From assembly GCA_036826135.1 (NCBI GenBank), contig DAISWY010000001.1, positions 1 to 47,867 on the forward strand: a stretch of 47,867 bases of DNA, written 5' to 3'. Position 1 is the stretch's first letter, and each line of letters opens with the position of its first letter. Positions 9,241 to 17,993 of this stretch are shown here, one piece after another. The position numbers were made by a program, and so were the translations under genes. This DNA comes from Gemmatimonadaceae bacterium. GTDB taxonomy: Bacteria; Gemmatimonadota; Gemmatimonadetes; Gemmatimonadales; Gemmatimonadaceae. The notes under the pieces were generated by a model that was given only the letters and a program-made list of their open reading frames with translations, made no database searches and had not been told where the DNA came from.

Positions 9241-10050
9241 TCAGCGGGCGCGCAGCAACCGCGCGAAATCCTCGGGGGCCAGCGTCTCGGGGCGCCGGTC
9301 GGGGGTCAGGTCGGCACGCGCGAGCAGCGCATCCGCGGCGTCGGCATCGAGCGACCAGACCGTGCGCACCACGCGGCGGAGCTGTTTCCGTCGGAGCCCG
9401 AAGGCCGCCTGCACGAACGTGCGGAACGCCGCTTCCTCCGCCTCGGCGATCACGGGGTCAGGCCGCGGCACCACCTCGAGCACGGCGGACTCCACCTGCG
9501 GCGGCGGCGTGAAGGCGCCCGCCGGCACCCGAAAGAGGCTCCGTACCGTCGCGAGGGCCTGGAGATTCACCGACAGCGCGCCATAGGCGTCGCTCCCCGG
9601 CGCGGCGGCAGCGCGGTCCGCGACCTCCCGTTGCACCAGGTACACGGCGCGTCGGGCCCGCGGCCGACGCAGCGCATGGAAGAGAATCGGGGTCGTGATG
9701 TTGTACGGCACGTTCCCCGCCAACAGGTAGCCCTGCACCACACTCGCGCCGGCCGCCGTGGCGAGCGCGCCGAGGTCCTGCGCGAGGACGTCGCCCTCGA
9801 CGAGCGTGAAGCGCGATTCCCCGCCCCACCGCTCCCGCAGCACCGGGATGAGATCGCGGTCGAGCTCGATCGCCACCACGTGCCCGGCGCGCGCGAGCAG
9901 CGCCTCCGTCAGCGCGCCACGACCCGGTCCGATCTCGACGACCGTGTCCGCAGGCGTGATCGCCAGGGCGTCCGCGATGCGCGCGAGGAGCCGCGCGTCC
10001 GTGAGGAAGTGCTGCCCGAGCCGCTTTTTCGGGCGGGGGAGCGCGCTCAC
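9241..10050 (-). CDS. rsmA: 16S rRNA adenine dimethyltransferase RsmA/KsgA
   Basis: KKRLGQHFL, VEIGPGRGALT, GNVPYNITTPI, QREVADR, FTPPPQVES. Confidence 0.97.
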   Translation of the reverse strand: MSALPRPKKRLGQHFLTDARLLARIADALAITPADTVVEIGPGRGALTEALLARAGHVVAIELDRDLIPVLRERWGGESRFTLVEGDVLAQDLGALATAAGASVVQGYLLAGNVPYNITTPILFHALRRPRARRAVYLVQREVADRAAAAPGSDAYGALSVNLQALATVRSLFRVPAGAFTPPPQVESAVLEVVPRPDPVIAEAEEAAFRTFVQAAFGLRRKQLRRVVRTVWSLDADAADALLARADLTPDRRPETLAPEDFARLLRAR

Positions 10051-11651
10051 GCGCTGCGCAGGACGACGACGGCCTGATCGTCGTGGGGACGGACCCGCCC
10101 GAGATGACCGGACACCTGCGCGAAGACACCGTCGACGATGCGGGACGGGACTTCGCGGCGCCGGGCGACGAGGACATCGAGCACCGCCGCCTCACCGAGC
10201 GCGCGCCCCTGCACGTCCCGTGCGTCGCTCACCCCGTCGGTGAAGATCGCCAGCAGATCCTCCGCGGGGTCCCATGGGCTCGAGGCGACGCGGAGTGGCT
10301 CGGTGCCGAGCCCGAGCGCGGGATCGGTCGCGGCGAGCCGCTCCGTCCGGCCATCGCCCCGGATCACGAAGGCATGCGGATGCCCCGTGTTGGTCCAGCG
10401 CACGACCCCGCCGCGATGATCGACGATCACGTAGCAGAGCGAGAGGAACATCTCGGTGTCGGCGAGTTCATCTCCGACGGTGGCGAGGATCGCCTCGACG
10501 GTCCGCGCGGGATCGTCGCTCCCGCGCGCGTGGATCGCCGCGGCACTCATCACCAGCGCCATCACGAGGGCGGCGCGGTAGCCGTGACCAGAGACGTCGC
10601 CGAGGAGCACGCCGGTGGAGCCGCCATCGAGGCGGAAGAGATGATAGAAGTCGCCGCCGACGCCCTCGGCCGCCTCGACGCGCGCGGCGCATCGCGCCTC
10701 GGGCGCCACCGCGGTTCCCTTCGGGAGGAGCCGCTGCTGCAGGTCGGTCGCGAGCCGCATCTCCGACGCCAGCCGCTCCTGCTCGAGGGACTGGCGCACA
10801 AGCACCCCGTTCTGGATCGCCGAGCCGATCTGCGAGCCGATCGCGGCGATGAACTTCTCGTCCCCGGCGGTGAACGGGAGCCCGCCACGGCGGCCCGAGA
10901 GGCAGATGACACCGACGGGCAGTCCCCCCTCCGGCGTCGTCCACAGAATGGGGACGGCGAGGAGAGCGCCGTCTCGGAACGGCACCTCGAATTCGCTCAC
11001 GAGGACCCCGTCGTCGACGAGCAACGCGTGCCGGGTGCGGTAGACGCGGGCGAGCACACTCACCGGATGATCGACGGGAATCGTCCGCGGCTCCGCGCCG
11101 CGCGGCACACGGAGCGACGTTACCGGCACCAGGAGCCCCGACGCGGGGTCGTGGCGCACCAGCGCACCGTATTCCGCCCCCACCGTCTCAGCGACTTCGA
11201 GCAGGATCCGTCGCGCCGCCGCCTCGAAGGTCACCGTACGACTCAGGATCTCGCTGATGGAGTAGAGCAGCGTGATCTCCTCGTAGCGCTCCGCGAGCTC
11301 GTCAGCGGCGCGACGCGACTCCCATTGCGCCTGCAGGACTTCCGCGAGCGCCGGCGCGAGCACGGCGAGCCAGCGGCGCGTCTCGGATTCGTCCCGCACC
11401 GGACCGAGTCCGACCCACGTGGGGGATCGCCCGGGAAGCCGTGCCACGAGCTGACGCCCGACGGCCGCCGGCCGCATCACCGGGGTGCCGTCGTGGGGCA
11501 CGGAGGCCACGTCGGGCGGGGTGACATCACCGCCGGTCGCCGCGATCACCTCGATGCCGCGGTCGGGCCGCAGCTGCTGCCAGACGACCACGGGCGTGGC
11601 GAACCCTGTCGTGAACGCGTCGAGGATGCGCGCGACGTCGCTGGAGGCCAC
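10047..11651 (-). CDS. GAF-domain PP2C/SpoIIE (RsbU-like) phosphatase
   Basis: GAF domain followed by VGGDFY, GDVSGHG, NTGHP, FTDGVSD and HDDQAVVV PP2C motifs. Confidence 0.92.
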   Translation of the reverse strand: MASSDVARILDAFTTGFATPVVVWQQLRPDRGIEVIAATGGDVTPPDVASVPHDGTPVMRPAAVGRQLVARLPGRSPTWVGLGPVRDESETRRWLAVLAPALAEVLQAQWESRRAADELAERYEEITLLYSISEILSRTVTFEAAARRILLEVAETVGAEYGALVRHDPASGLLVPVTSLRVPRGAEPRTIPVDHPVSVLARVYRTRHALLVDDGVLVSEFEVPFRDGALLAVPILWTTPEGGLPVGVICLSGRRGGLPFTAGDEKFIAAIGSQIGSAIQNGVLVRQSLEQERLASEMRLATDLQQRLLPKGTAVAPEARCAARVEAAEGVGGDFYHLFRLDGGSTGVLLGDVSGHGYRAALVMALVMSAAAIHARGSDDPARTVEAILATVGDELADTEMFLSLCYVIVDHRGGVVRWTNTGHPHAFVIRGDGRTERLAATDPALGLGTEPLRVASSPWDPAEDLLAIFTDGVSDARDVQGRALGEAAVLDVLVARRREVPSRIVDGVFAQVSGHLGRVRPHDDQAVVVLRSA

Positions 11652-11654
11652 GGG

Positions 11655-12074
11655 TCAGCGCCGATGCAGGGTGAGCCGCACGATCGTCCCCACCCCACGC
11701 TCGCATCGCACCTCGTCCATCAGCGCGCGCATCAGAAAGAGGCCGCGGCCATCCTCGCGCGCGAGCGCGTCGGGGGCCGTCGGGTCGCCGGTACACCCCT
11801 CGAGGTCGAATCCCGTTCCCTCGTCCTCGACCTCGACGATGAGTCGCGTGGCATCGACCACGGCGCGCACCCGGACCTCCTTGGCCCGGTCCTCGCCGTT
11901 CCCGCGCAGCATCGCGTTCGAAATTGCCTCGGTCAGCGCGACCGGGACGTTGAGCGCGAGCTGTCGGCCCGTGAAGGCGTGCTGCCGGCACCGCTGCACC
12001 ACCTCTGAGACGATGCCCTCGATCCGCCCCACATCGCTCGGGACGCGCAGCTCGAGCGCCGCGGGCGCGGTCAC
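11655..12074 (-). CDS. Anti-sigma factor/Ser kinase (RsbW-like HATPase)
   Basis: VALTEAISNAMLRGN, VEDEGTGFD, GRGLFLMRALMDEV. Confidence 0.92.
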   Translation of the reverse strand: MTAPAALELRVPSDVGRIEGIVSEVVQRCRQHAFTGRQLALNVPVALTEAISNAMLRGNGEDRAKEVRVRAVVDATRLIVEVEDEGTGFDLEGCTGDPTAPDALAREDGRGLFLMRALMDEVRCERGVGTIVRLTLHRR

Positions 12075-12077
12075 GGA

Positions 12078-12410
12078 CTAGAAGCCCTCAAGGGCCCGCT
12101 CGCGCGAGGCGGCGATCTGGAAGAGCGCATCGAGCTTCGTGAGCTCGAACAGGGTGAGCAGGTCGTCGCTGAGCGAGGCGAGCCGGAGGTCACCGCCGAG
12201 CTCGCGGAGGCGCTTCGCCAGCGAGACGAGCACGCCGAGCCCGGAGCTGTCGATGTACGCGGTGCCGGCAAAGTCGACCACGACCTTCCGCACCCCCTCC
12301 TCGACGCGATCGAGGACGGTCTGCTTGAGCTCCTGCCGGTTGCCGACAATGAGCGGGCCGTCGACGGCGATCACGAGGACATCACCCTGCATCTCGACCT
12401 GCAGACTCAT
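12078..12410 (-). CDS. STAS anti-anti-sigma factor (RsbV/SpoIIAA-like)
   Basis: VVVDFAGTAYIDSSGLGVLV with the phosphorylatable Ser; LFELTKLD. Confidence 0.93.
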   Translation of the reverse strand: MSLQVEMQGDVLVIAVDGPLIVGNRQELKQTVLDRVEEGVRKVVVDFAGTAYIDSSGLGVLVSLAKRLRELGGDLRLASLSDDLLTLFELTKLDALFQIAASRERALEGF

Positions 12411-12429
12411 CGGGACGGCGCTCCGGGGG

Positions 12430-12924
12430 TCAGGAAGGAGAGGAACCCGCGAACTTCGCGCGCAGCGCCCGCGCCACCGCGGGGTGGACGAGGGCGTCGA
12501 TATCGCCGCCGAAGCGGGCGACCTCCCGCACCAGCGACGAGCTCACGTAGCTCACCTGCACCGAGGGCACCATGAACATCGTCTCGAGCCCCGGCGAGAG
12601 ATGACGATTCATCAGGGCCATCTGGTACTCGTACTCGAAGTCAGCGACGGCCCGAAGGCCGCGGAGGACCACCGAGACGCCGATCTCTTTGGCGAAGTCG
12701 ACGACGAGCCCGCGGAAGGCCCGCACCTCGACCCGCGGGTCATCCTCGACCGCGGACCGGATCAGCGCCATCCGCTCCTCGGCGGAGAAGAGCGGCTGCT
12801 TCGAGACGTTCACCGCGACGCCGACGACGAGGCGATCGACGAAGCTGAGCGACCGTCGGATCAGGTCGGCGTGGCCGTTCGTGATCGGGTCGAAGCTGCC
12901 GGCGTAGAGTGCGACTTTGGGCAT
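12430..12924 (-). CDS. coaD: Phosphopantetheine adenylyltransferase
   Basis: YAGSFDPITNGHADLI, RGLRAVADFEYE, VSSSLVREVA. Confidence 0.98.
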   Translation of the reverse strand: MPKVALYAGSFDPITNGHADLIRRSLSFVDRLVVGVAVNVSKQPLFSAEERMALIRSAVEDDPRVEVRAFRGLVVDFAKEIGVSVVLRGLRAVADFEYEYQMALMNRHLSPGLETMFMVPSVQVSYVSSSLVREVARFGGDIDALVHPAVARALRAKFAGSSPS

Positions 12925-12925
12925 C

Positions 12926-13534
12926 TCAGGATCCGGTGCGGTAGAGGGTGATCGCCGTCTCGCCGTAGACGCGCCGGTCCGCCGTGGCCGGTCCCTCCGG
13001 CGTCGGCAGCATCAGCGCCGCCTCGTGCTCGACCCCAAAGATCGCCGCGAACGGCGCCGCGAGCCAGCGCTCCGCGAGCGCGAGGGCGATCCCCTCCCCG
13101 TACGGCGGGTCGGCGAACGCGACCGTCCGGGCGACGCGCTCCGGGCCGGCGGCGTCCTCGGCGTCGATGCCGGGCGAGGCGGGACGCCCGCCCCCGGTCC
13201 CCGTGCCGCCCGCGATGAAGCGCACCGCCTCGGCCCGGACGACCGTCGCCATCCCCTCAGCGCCCAATCCCCGGATGTTCTCACGCAGGGTCGGGAGCAC
13301 GCGCGGGTCGCGCTCGACGAACGTCGCGTGCGCCGCGCCGCGGGAGAGGGCCTCGAGTCCGAGTGCCCCCGAGCCCGCACAGAGGTCGAGCACCAGGGCT
13401 CCCTCGAGCACGGGCTGCACGATGCTCATCCAGGCCTCGCGCACCCGGTCGGCGGTCGGGCGGACGTGCCCCGCATTCGGGACGCGGATGCGCCGCCCAC
13501 GCCACGCCCCCGCGACGATCCGCAGCTCAGCCAT
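12926..13534 (-). CDS. rsmD: 16S rRNA m2G966 methyltransferase RsmD
   Basis: MAELRIVAGAWRGRRI, RPTADRVREA, LDLCAGSGALGLEALSRGA, FADPPY. Start reset to ATG 13534. Confidence 0.93.
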   Translation of the reverse strand: MAELRIVAGAWRGRRIRVPNAGHVRPTADRVREAWMSIVQPVLEGALVLDLCAGSGALGLEALSRGAAHATFVERDPRVLPTLRENIRGLGAEGMATVVRAEAVRFIAGGTGTGGGRPASPGIDAEDAAGPERVARTVAFADPPYGEGIALALAERWLAAPFAAIFGVEHEAALMLPTPEGPATADRRVYGETAITLYRTGS

Positions 13535-15284
13535 CGGACGCGCCCGCGGGGCGCAGGTCCTGCACCACCGCCTGCAGCACCTCGGCGCCGCGGAACCGGT
13601 TGAGGTCGAGCTTGTACGCGAGGTCGAGGGTCGCCCCCGCCCGCACGAGCGACGATCGCACGCCGAGCCCCCAGGCGATCGCCTCGAGCGGCTCGCCCGC
13701 ACGGTCGATGGCGAACTTCACGCCATCGGTCCCCACGCGGCGCGGGGCCCCGACCACTGTCACGCCCCGCGAGACCAGCACGGGGCCGGGGTTCCCCACC
13801 CCGAAGGGCTCGAGATGACGGAACGCACGCTCGAGCCGGGCATCCGCGGCCTCGAGCGGAACCTCGAGATCGGTGCGGAGCCGCGGCACGAGATCGTCAG
13901 CGGTCTGCCGCGCGCACGCGACCGCATTGAATCGCTCCGCGAAGGCCGGGATCCGCTCGGGGGTGATCGTGAGCCCCGCCGCCGCGCGATGCCCGCCGTG
14001 CTTCACCAGCAGGTCGCCGCACTCGGCGAGCGCCGCGTGCAGATCGAGCGCCCCGTTCGAGCGCCCCGACCCCTTCCCGACGCCGTCCGCCACCGCGATC
14101 AGCATCGCGGGGCGCCCCGTCGCCTCGACCACGCGTGAGGCCACGATGCCGATGACCCCGGCGTGCCAGCGATCCGAGTGCAGGACGAGGCCCCACTCAC
14201 GGTCGAGGTCGCGACGGGCGACCTCGGCGAGCACCTCGTCGAGGATCGCGCGGTCCATCGCCTGCCGCTCCTGGTTCAGCTCCTCGCACTCGCGTGCGAT
14301 CGCATTCGCGGTCGCCTCATCCTCCGCGAGGAGGAGCTCGACGCCGCGGATCGCCTGTCGGAGCCGACCGAGCGCGTTGAGGCGCGGGGCGAGCGTAAAG
14401 CCGACGCGACCCGCGGTGAGGGCCGTCGCATCGAGCCGGGCCGCGCGAATCAGCGCGCGGAGCCCGACGAGCGTACTCTGCGCCATCCGCTGCAGCCCGT
14501 GCCGTACCAGAATACGGTTCTCGCCGCGGAGCGGTGCCACGTCCGCGATGGTGGCAAGGGCGACCAGGTCGAGGAGCGCGTGCACCATGCCGTCATCACC
14601 GCCGAGCCGGCGGCAGACCGCGAGGCCGAGCTTGTAGGCGACGCCGACGGCGGCGAGATCCTTGTCCGCCGAGGGGCATTCGGCCCGCCGCGGATTCACG
14701 AGGGCGAAGGCAGCAGGGAGCGTCGGCCCCGGCAAGTGGTGGTCGGAGATGATGAGGTCGATCCCCGCCGCGCGGAGTGCATCCGCCGGCGCGACGGCGG
14801 TGGTGCCGCAATCGCAGGTGAGCACGACGCGCGCACCGACCTCCCGCGCTCGGGCGACCCCCGCGGGCCCGAGATCGTAGCCGTCTCGCAACCGATCGGG
14901 GATGAAGGGGACGACATCGCCGCCGAGCCGGCGCAGCACGCGGGTGATCAGCGTGGTGGAGCAGATGCCATCGACGTCGTAATCGCCGTGCACGAGGATC
15001 CGCTCGCCCGCGCGCACCGCGGCCGCGAGGCGATCCGCGGCCACGGCGAGGTCCGCGATGGTCTCCGGCGCTTCGATGTCCGCGAGCGCCGGGCGGAGGA
15101 AGCGCTTGACGGCGCCGAGCTCGGTGAGCCCACGCGCGGCGAGCAGCGCGCAGACCTCGCGCGGAACCGCCGTCTTCCCCGACTGATCAGCCGCGGGTCG
15201 TAGCGCGTCCGCGAGCGCGTCCGTCACCCCGTCGGGTGCGGCGGGTGGCGGCAGCCACCGCGCCGCCGGACGGGTCCGACTCAC
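13527..15284 (-). CDS. recJ: ssDNA exonuclease RecJ
   Basis: HGDYDVDGICST, DCGT, SDHH, LATIADVAPL, PRLNALGRL, GGHRAAAG. GTG start overlaps the upstream stop. Confidence 0.96.
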   Translation of the reverse strand: MSRTRPAARWLPPPAAPDGVTDALADALRPAADQSGKTAVPREVCALLAARGLTELGAVKRFLRPALADIEAPETIADLAVAADRLAAAVRAGERILVHGDYDVDGICSTTLITRVLRRLGGDVVPFIPDRLRDGYDLGPAGVARAREVGARVVLTCDCGTTAVAPADALRAAGIDLIISDHHLPGPTLPAAFALVNPRRAECPSADKDLAAVGVAYKLGLAVCRRLGGDDGMVHALLDLVALATIADVAPLRGENRILVRHGLQRMAQSTLVGLRALIRAARLDATALTAGRVGFTLAPRLNALGRLRQAIRGVELLLAEDEATANAIARECEELNQERQAMDRAILDEVLAEVARRDLDREWGLVLHSDRWHAGVIGIVASRVVEATGRPAMLIAVADGVGKGSGRSNGALDLHAALAECGDLLVKHGGHRAAAGLTITPERIPAFAERFNAVACARQTADDLVPRLRTDLEVPLEAADARLERAFRHLEPFGVGNPGPVLVSRGVTVVGAPRRVGTDGVKFAIDRAGEPLEAIAWGLGVRSSLVRAGATLDLAYKLDLNRFRGAEVLQAVVQDLRPAGASDG

Positions 15285-15982
15285 CCCGCGTGGTACATCA
15301 GGACGCCGCACGCCTCGCAGAGCTCGATCACGGTGCCCGTCGACATCACGTGCCGCCGCTGCATCGGGATCGCCGTGTCACAGGCGCCGCACGCCATCGC
15401 ATTCAGCGGCACGAGGACGTGCACGCGCCGCTTGTTGCGGATTCGGTCATAGCGCTGCCTGAGCGCGGCCGGGACTCCCTCCGCCGTCGCCGCGCGCTTC
15501 GCCTGCGCGGTCGCGAGCTCCCCCTCGATCGCGGCGCGCTCGCCGGCCACCTCGGCGCGGGCCGTCGCCTGATCCGCCTCGCACGTGGTCAGCTCCGCCT
15601 CGGAAGCGCGCAGCGCGGCGCGCTGCTCCTCGAGCTTGCGCGAGAGCGCCAGCAGGTCGCTCTCCTCCCCCGCGACGATCGCCTTCGCCTGCTCCATCTG
15701 CGCGGCGGCGGCCGTGGCCTGCCGCATCGTCTTCACGGAGTCGAGCTGCGCCTGGTTCCGCGCGATGAGCTCGCGGTGCTCCGCGATCTTGTCGCGCAGG
15801 AAGGCCTGCTTCTTCTCCTCCGCCGCGACCGCCGTGCCCTGCCGTGCGATCACATCCGCAATCCGCTGCCGCTTCGCATCCAGTTCCCGGATCCGGGGCT
15901 CCAGGGCCGCGAGCCGGGTTTCGAGCTCGTGGATCGCAAGGTCATCGTGCTGGAGCGCGAGCAGGGATTGGATGTCGGACAT
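15281..15982 (-). CDS. Coiled-coil protein with a C4 zinc ribbon (CT398/HP0958-like)
   Basis: Long coiled coil, then YDRIR...CGAC...CEACGVLMY. Confidence 0.88.
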   Translation of the reverse strand: MSDIQSLLALQHDDLAIHELETRLAALEPRIRELDAKRQRIADVIARQGTAVAAEEKKQAFLRDKIAEHRELIARNQAQLDSVKTMRQATAAAAQMEQAKAIVAGEESDLLALSRKLEEQRAALRASEAELTTCEADQATARAEVAGERAAIEGELATAQAKRAATAEGVPAALRQRYDRIRNKRRVHVLVPLNAMACGACDTAIPMQRRHVMSTGTVIELCEACGVLMYHAG

Positions 15983-16076
15983 GTCGGGAGCGGAAGGCGG
16001 TCACGTGACGCCGCGGCGACGCCGCGGACAGAGGAACATTCGCCAAACCGGCGACGCCTGTCTACGGCGCGCGCCG

Positions 16077-17993
16077 TCAGCGGCGACGGACACTCCCCCA
16101 CGACGGCACACCGAGGGCGCGTTTCTCATCCGCCAATCGCTTGATCCGCAGCGTCAGCGCGTCCTTCTCCCCACCGTCGGCGAGGGGGAGGAGCTGCTCG
16201 AGCGCCCGGACCCGGGCGTCGAGCGCCCGGCCACGGAGCTTCCGCACCGCCCCGTCCACGGTGGCCCGTGCATCGACCACCGCCGCCGGCTCGCCACGGA
16301 ACTCCTCGTACACACGCACCGCCGTCGCGGGGAGCCGCTCCGCGAGCACCTCCGGCGCCGCGTCCGGGCCGAGGTCGAGCAGCGCGACGTACAGCGCCCG
16401 GTAGACGTCGTCGCGGAACGCGGCACCCGGTCCGGGCCCGTCCTCCCACGCCGCGACCTCCCCCCCGTCCCCCTCCGCCGCCGACGCCTCCTCCTCCTCG
16501 AGTTTGCCGACCTCCTCGATGATCCGGTCCATCCAGACCGGCTGCGTGAGCGCCACGCGCAGCAGATCGGCCTCGGCGCTCGCCTGTTCGACCGTCGAGC
16601 GGTACGGGCCGGCGACCACCGTCGGCGTCACAGCGGGCGCGCCAGGCTCCGCGGCCGGCGACCCACCACGACCCCGCGCCTCGCCGCCGGACGCGGCGCG
16701 CACCGAGGAGCTCCGACGCACGGTATGCAGCTCGGCGAGGAGCACCTCGCGCGCGATGCCCGCCGCCTCCGCCGCGCGGGCGAGGTAGAGGTCGCGGGTG
16801 ACGGGATCGCTCGCGGCGCGAATCGTCGGCAGGAGACGGTCCAGCGCGCGCCGTTTGCGCTGGAGGTCGGCGAACCACCCGGCGCGTTCGAGCAGCTGCA
16901 CCTTCCGATCGAAGACGTCCATCGCCCCCGCGATCACCGAGGCGACGGCGGCCGGCCCCTGCGTGCGCGCGAAGGTGTCGGGATCCTCCCCGTCGGGCAG
17001 CGTCGCGACCCGCACCACGAACCCCTTGGCCAGCAGCACGTCGGCGGCGCGGAAGGTCGCCTTCTGTCCCGGCCCATCGGCGTCGTAGAGCAGCACCACC
17101 TGCCGCGTGTAGCGCCCGAGCAGCTCCGCCTGACCCTCCGTGAGCGCAGTCCCCATCGGCGCGACGACGCCTTCGACGCCGACGCTGTGGAGCCGGATCA
17201 CGTCGAAGTATCCCTCGACGAGCACCGCCTGCTCCGCCTTCCGGATCGCGTGCCGGGCGCGGCCGAGGTTGAAGAGGAGCTTCCCCTTCTGGAAGATCTC
17301 CGAGTCCGCGGAGTTCAGATACTTGGGTTCGCCAGGGCCAATCAGCCGGCCGCCGAACCCGACGGTGTGGCCGCTCGCGTCGAGGATCGGGACCATCAAC
17401 CGCTCGCGGAAGCGCGGCCGCAGTGAGTCCGCCTCCTCGCGCGCGACGAGGAGCCCGGCGCCGAGGAGCCTTTCATCGGTGTACCCGAGGGTCGCGAGCT
17501 GCGCGCGCATCGCCTGCGGGTCGCGCGGGGCGAACCCAATCCCGAAGGTCTCGGCCAGGGCCCGCGAGACGTCGCGTGAGGCGAGATAGGCGCGCGCGTC
17601 AGCGCCCGCGGCGTCCTCCCACAGGGTGCGCTCGAAGTACGCCCCCACCGTCGCCTGCAGCTCCCACATCGGCTCGCGGGGATCGGGCCCCTCCTTCCGC
17701 CGCTCGATCTCGGGGACCTCGATGCCCGACTTCGCACCGACATGCTTCACGGCCTCGACGAAGGTCATCCCGAGCCGCTTCTGCAGGAAAGTGAAGACCG
17801 AGCCCTTCTCGCCGCAGACGAAGCAGGTGTACCCCTTGCCGGGGACGACCGAGAAGTTCGGGCCCTTCCCCTGATGGAACGGGCAGGGCCCGCGCCAGAC
17901 GGAGCCCGTCTTCTTCAGGCGGACATGCTCGCTGACGATGGCGACGATGTCGGCCTGGTCGCTCACCTGTTGGACGATCTCGTCGGGGATCAC
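16077..17993 (-). CDS. dnaG: DNA primase
   Basis: Zn finger CPFH...CFVC, RFRERLMVPI, GFGGR, PKYLNS, TOPRIM VEGYFDV and YDADGPG, DPD. Confidence 0.98.
   Translation of the reverse strand: MIPDEIVQQVSDQADIVAIVSEHVRLKKTGSVWRGPCPFHQGKGPNFSVVPGKGYTCFVCGEKGSVFTFLQKRLGMTFVEAVKHVGAKSGIEVPEIERRKEGPDPREPMWELQATVGAYFERTLWEDAAGADARAYLASRDVSRALAETFGIGFAPRDPQAMRAQLATLGYTDERLLGAGLLVAREEADSLRPRFRERLMVPILDASGHTVGFGGRLIGPGEPKYLNSADSEIFQKGKLLFNLGRARHAIRKAEQAVLVEGYFDVIRLHSVGVEGVVAPMGTALTEGQAELLGRYTRQVVLLYDADGPGQKATFRAADVLLAKGFVVRVATLPDGEDPDTFARTQGPAAVASVIAGAMDVFDRKVQLLERAGWFADLQRKRRALDRLLPTIRAASDPVTRDLYLARAAEAAGIAREVLLAELHTVRRSSSVRAASGGEARGRGGSPAAEPGAPAVTPTVVAGPYRSTVEQASAEADLLRVALTQPVWMDRIIEEVGKLEEEEASAAEGDGGEVAAWEDGPGPGAAFRDDVYRALYVALLDLGPDAAPEVLAERLPATAVRVYEEFRGEPAAVVDARATVDGAVRKLRGRALDARVRALEQLLPLADGGEKDALTLRIKRLADEKRALGVPSWGSVRRR

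Noticed and set aside
13130..13215. Gly/Pro-rich insertion in RsmD considered as an intein or mobile insertion
   Set aside because: It is only about 25 aa, in frame and low complexity, with no splicing motifs or terminal repeats; most likely a variable loop.
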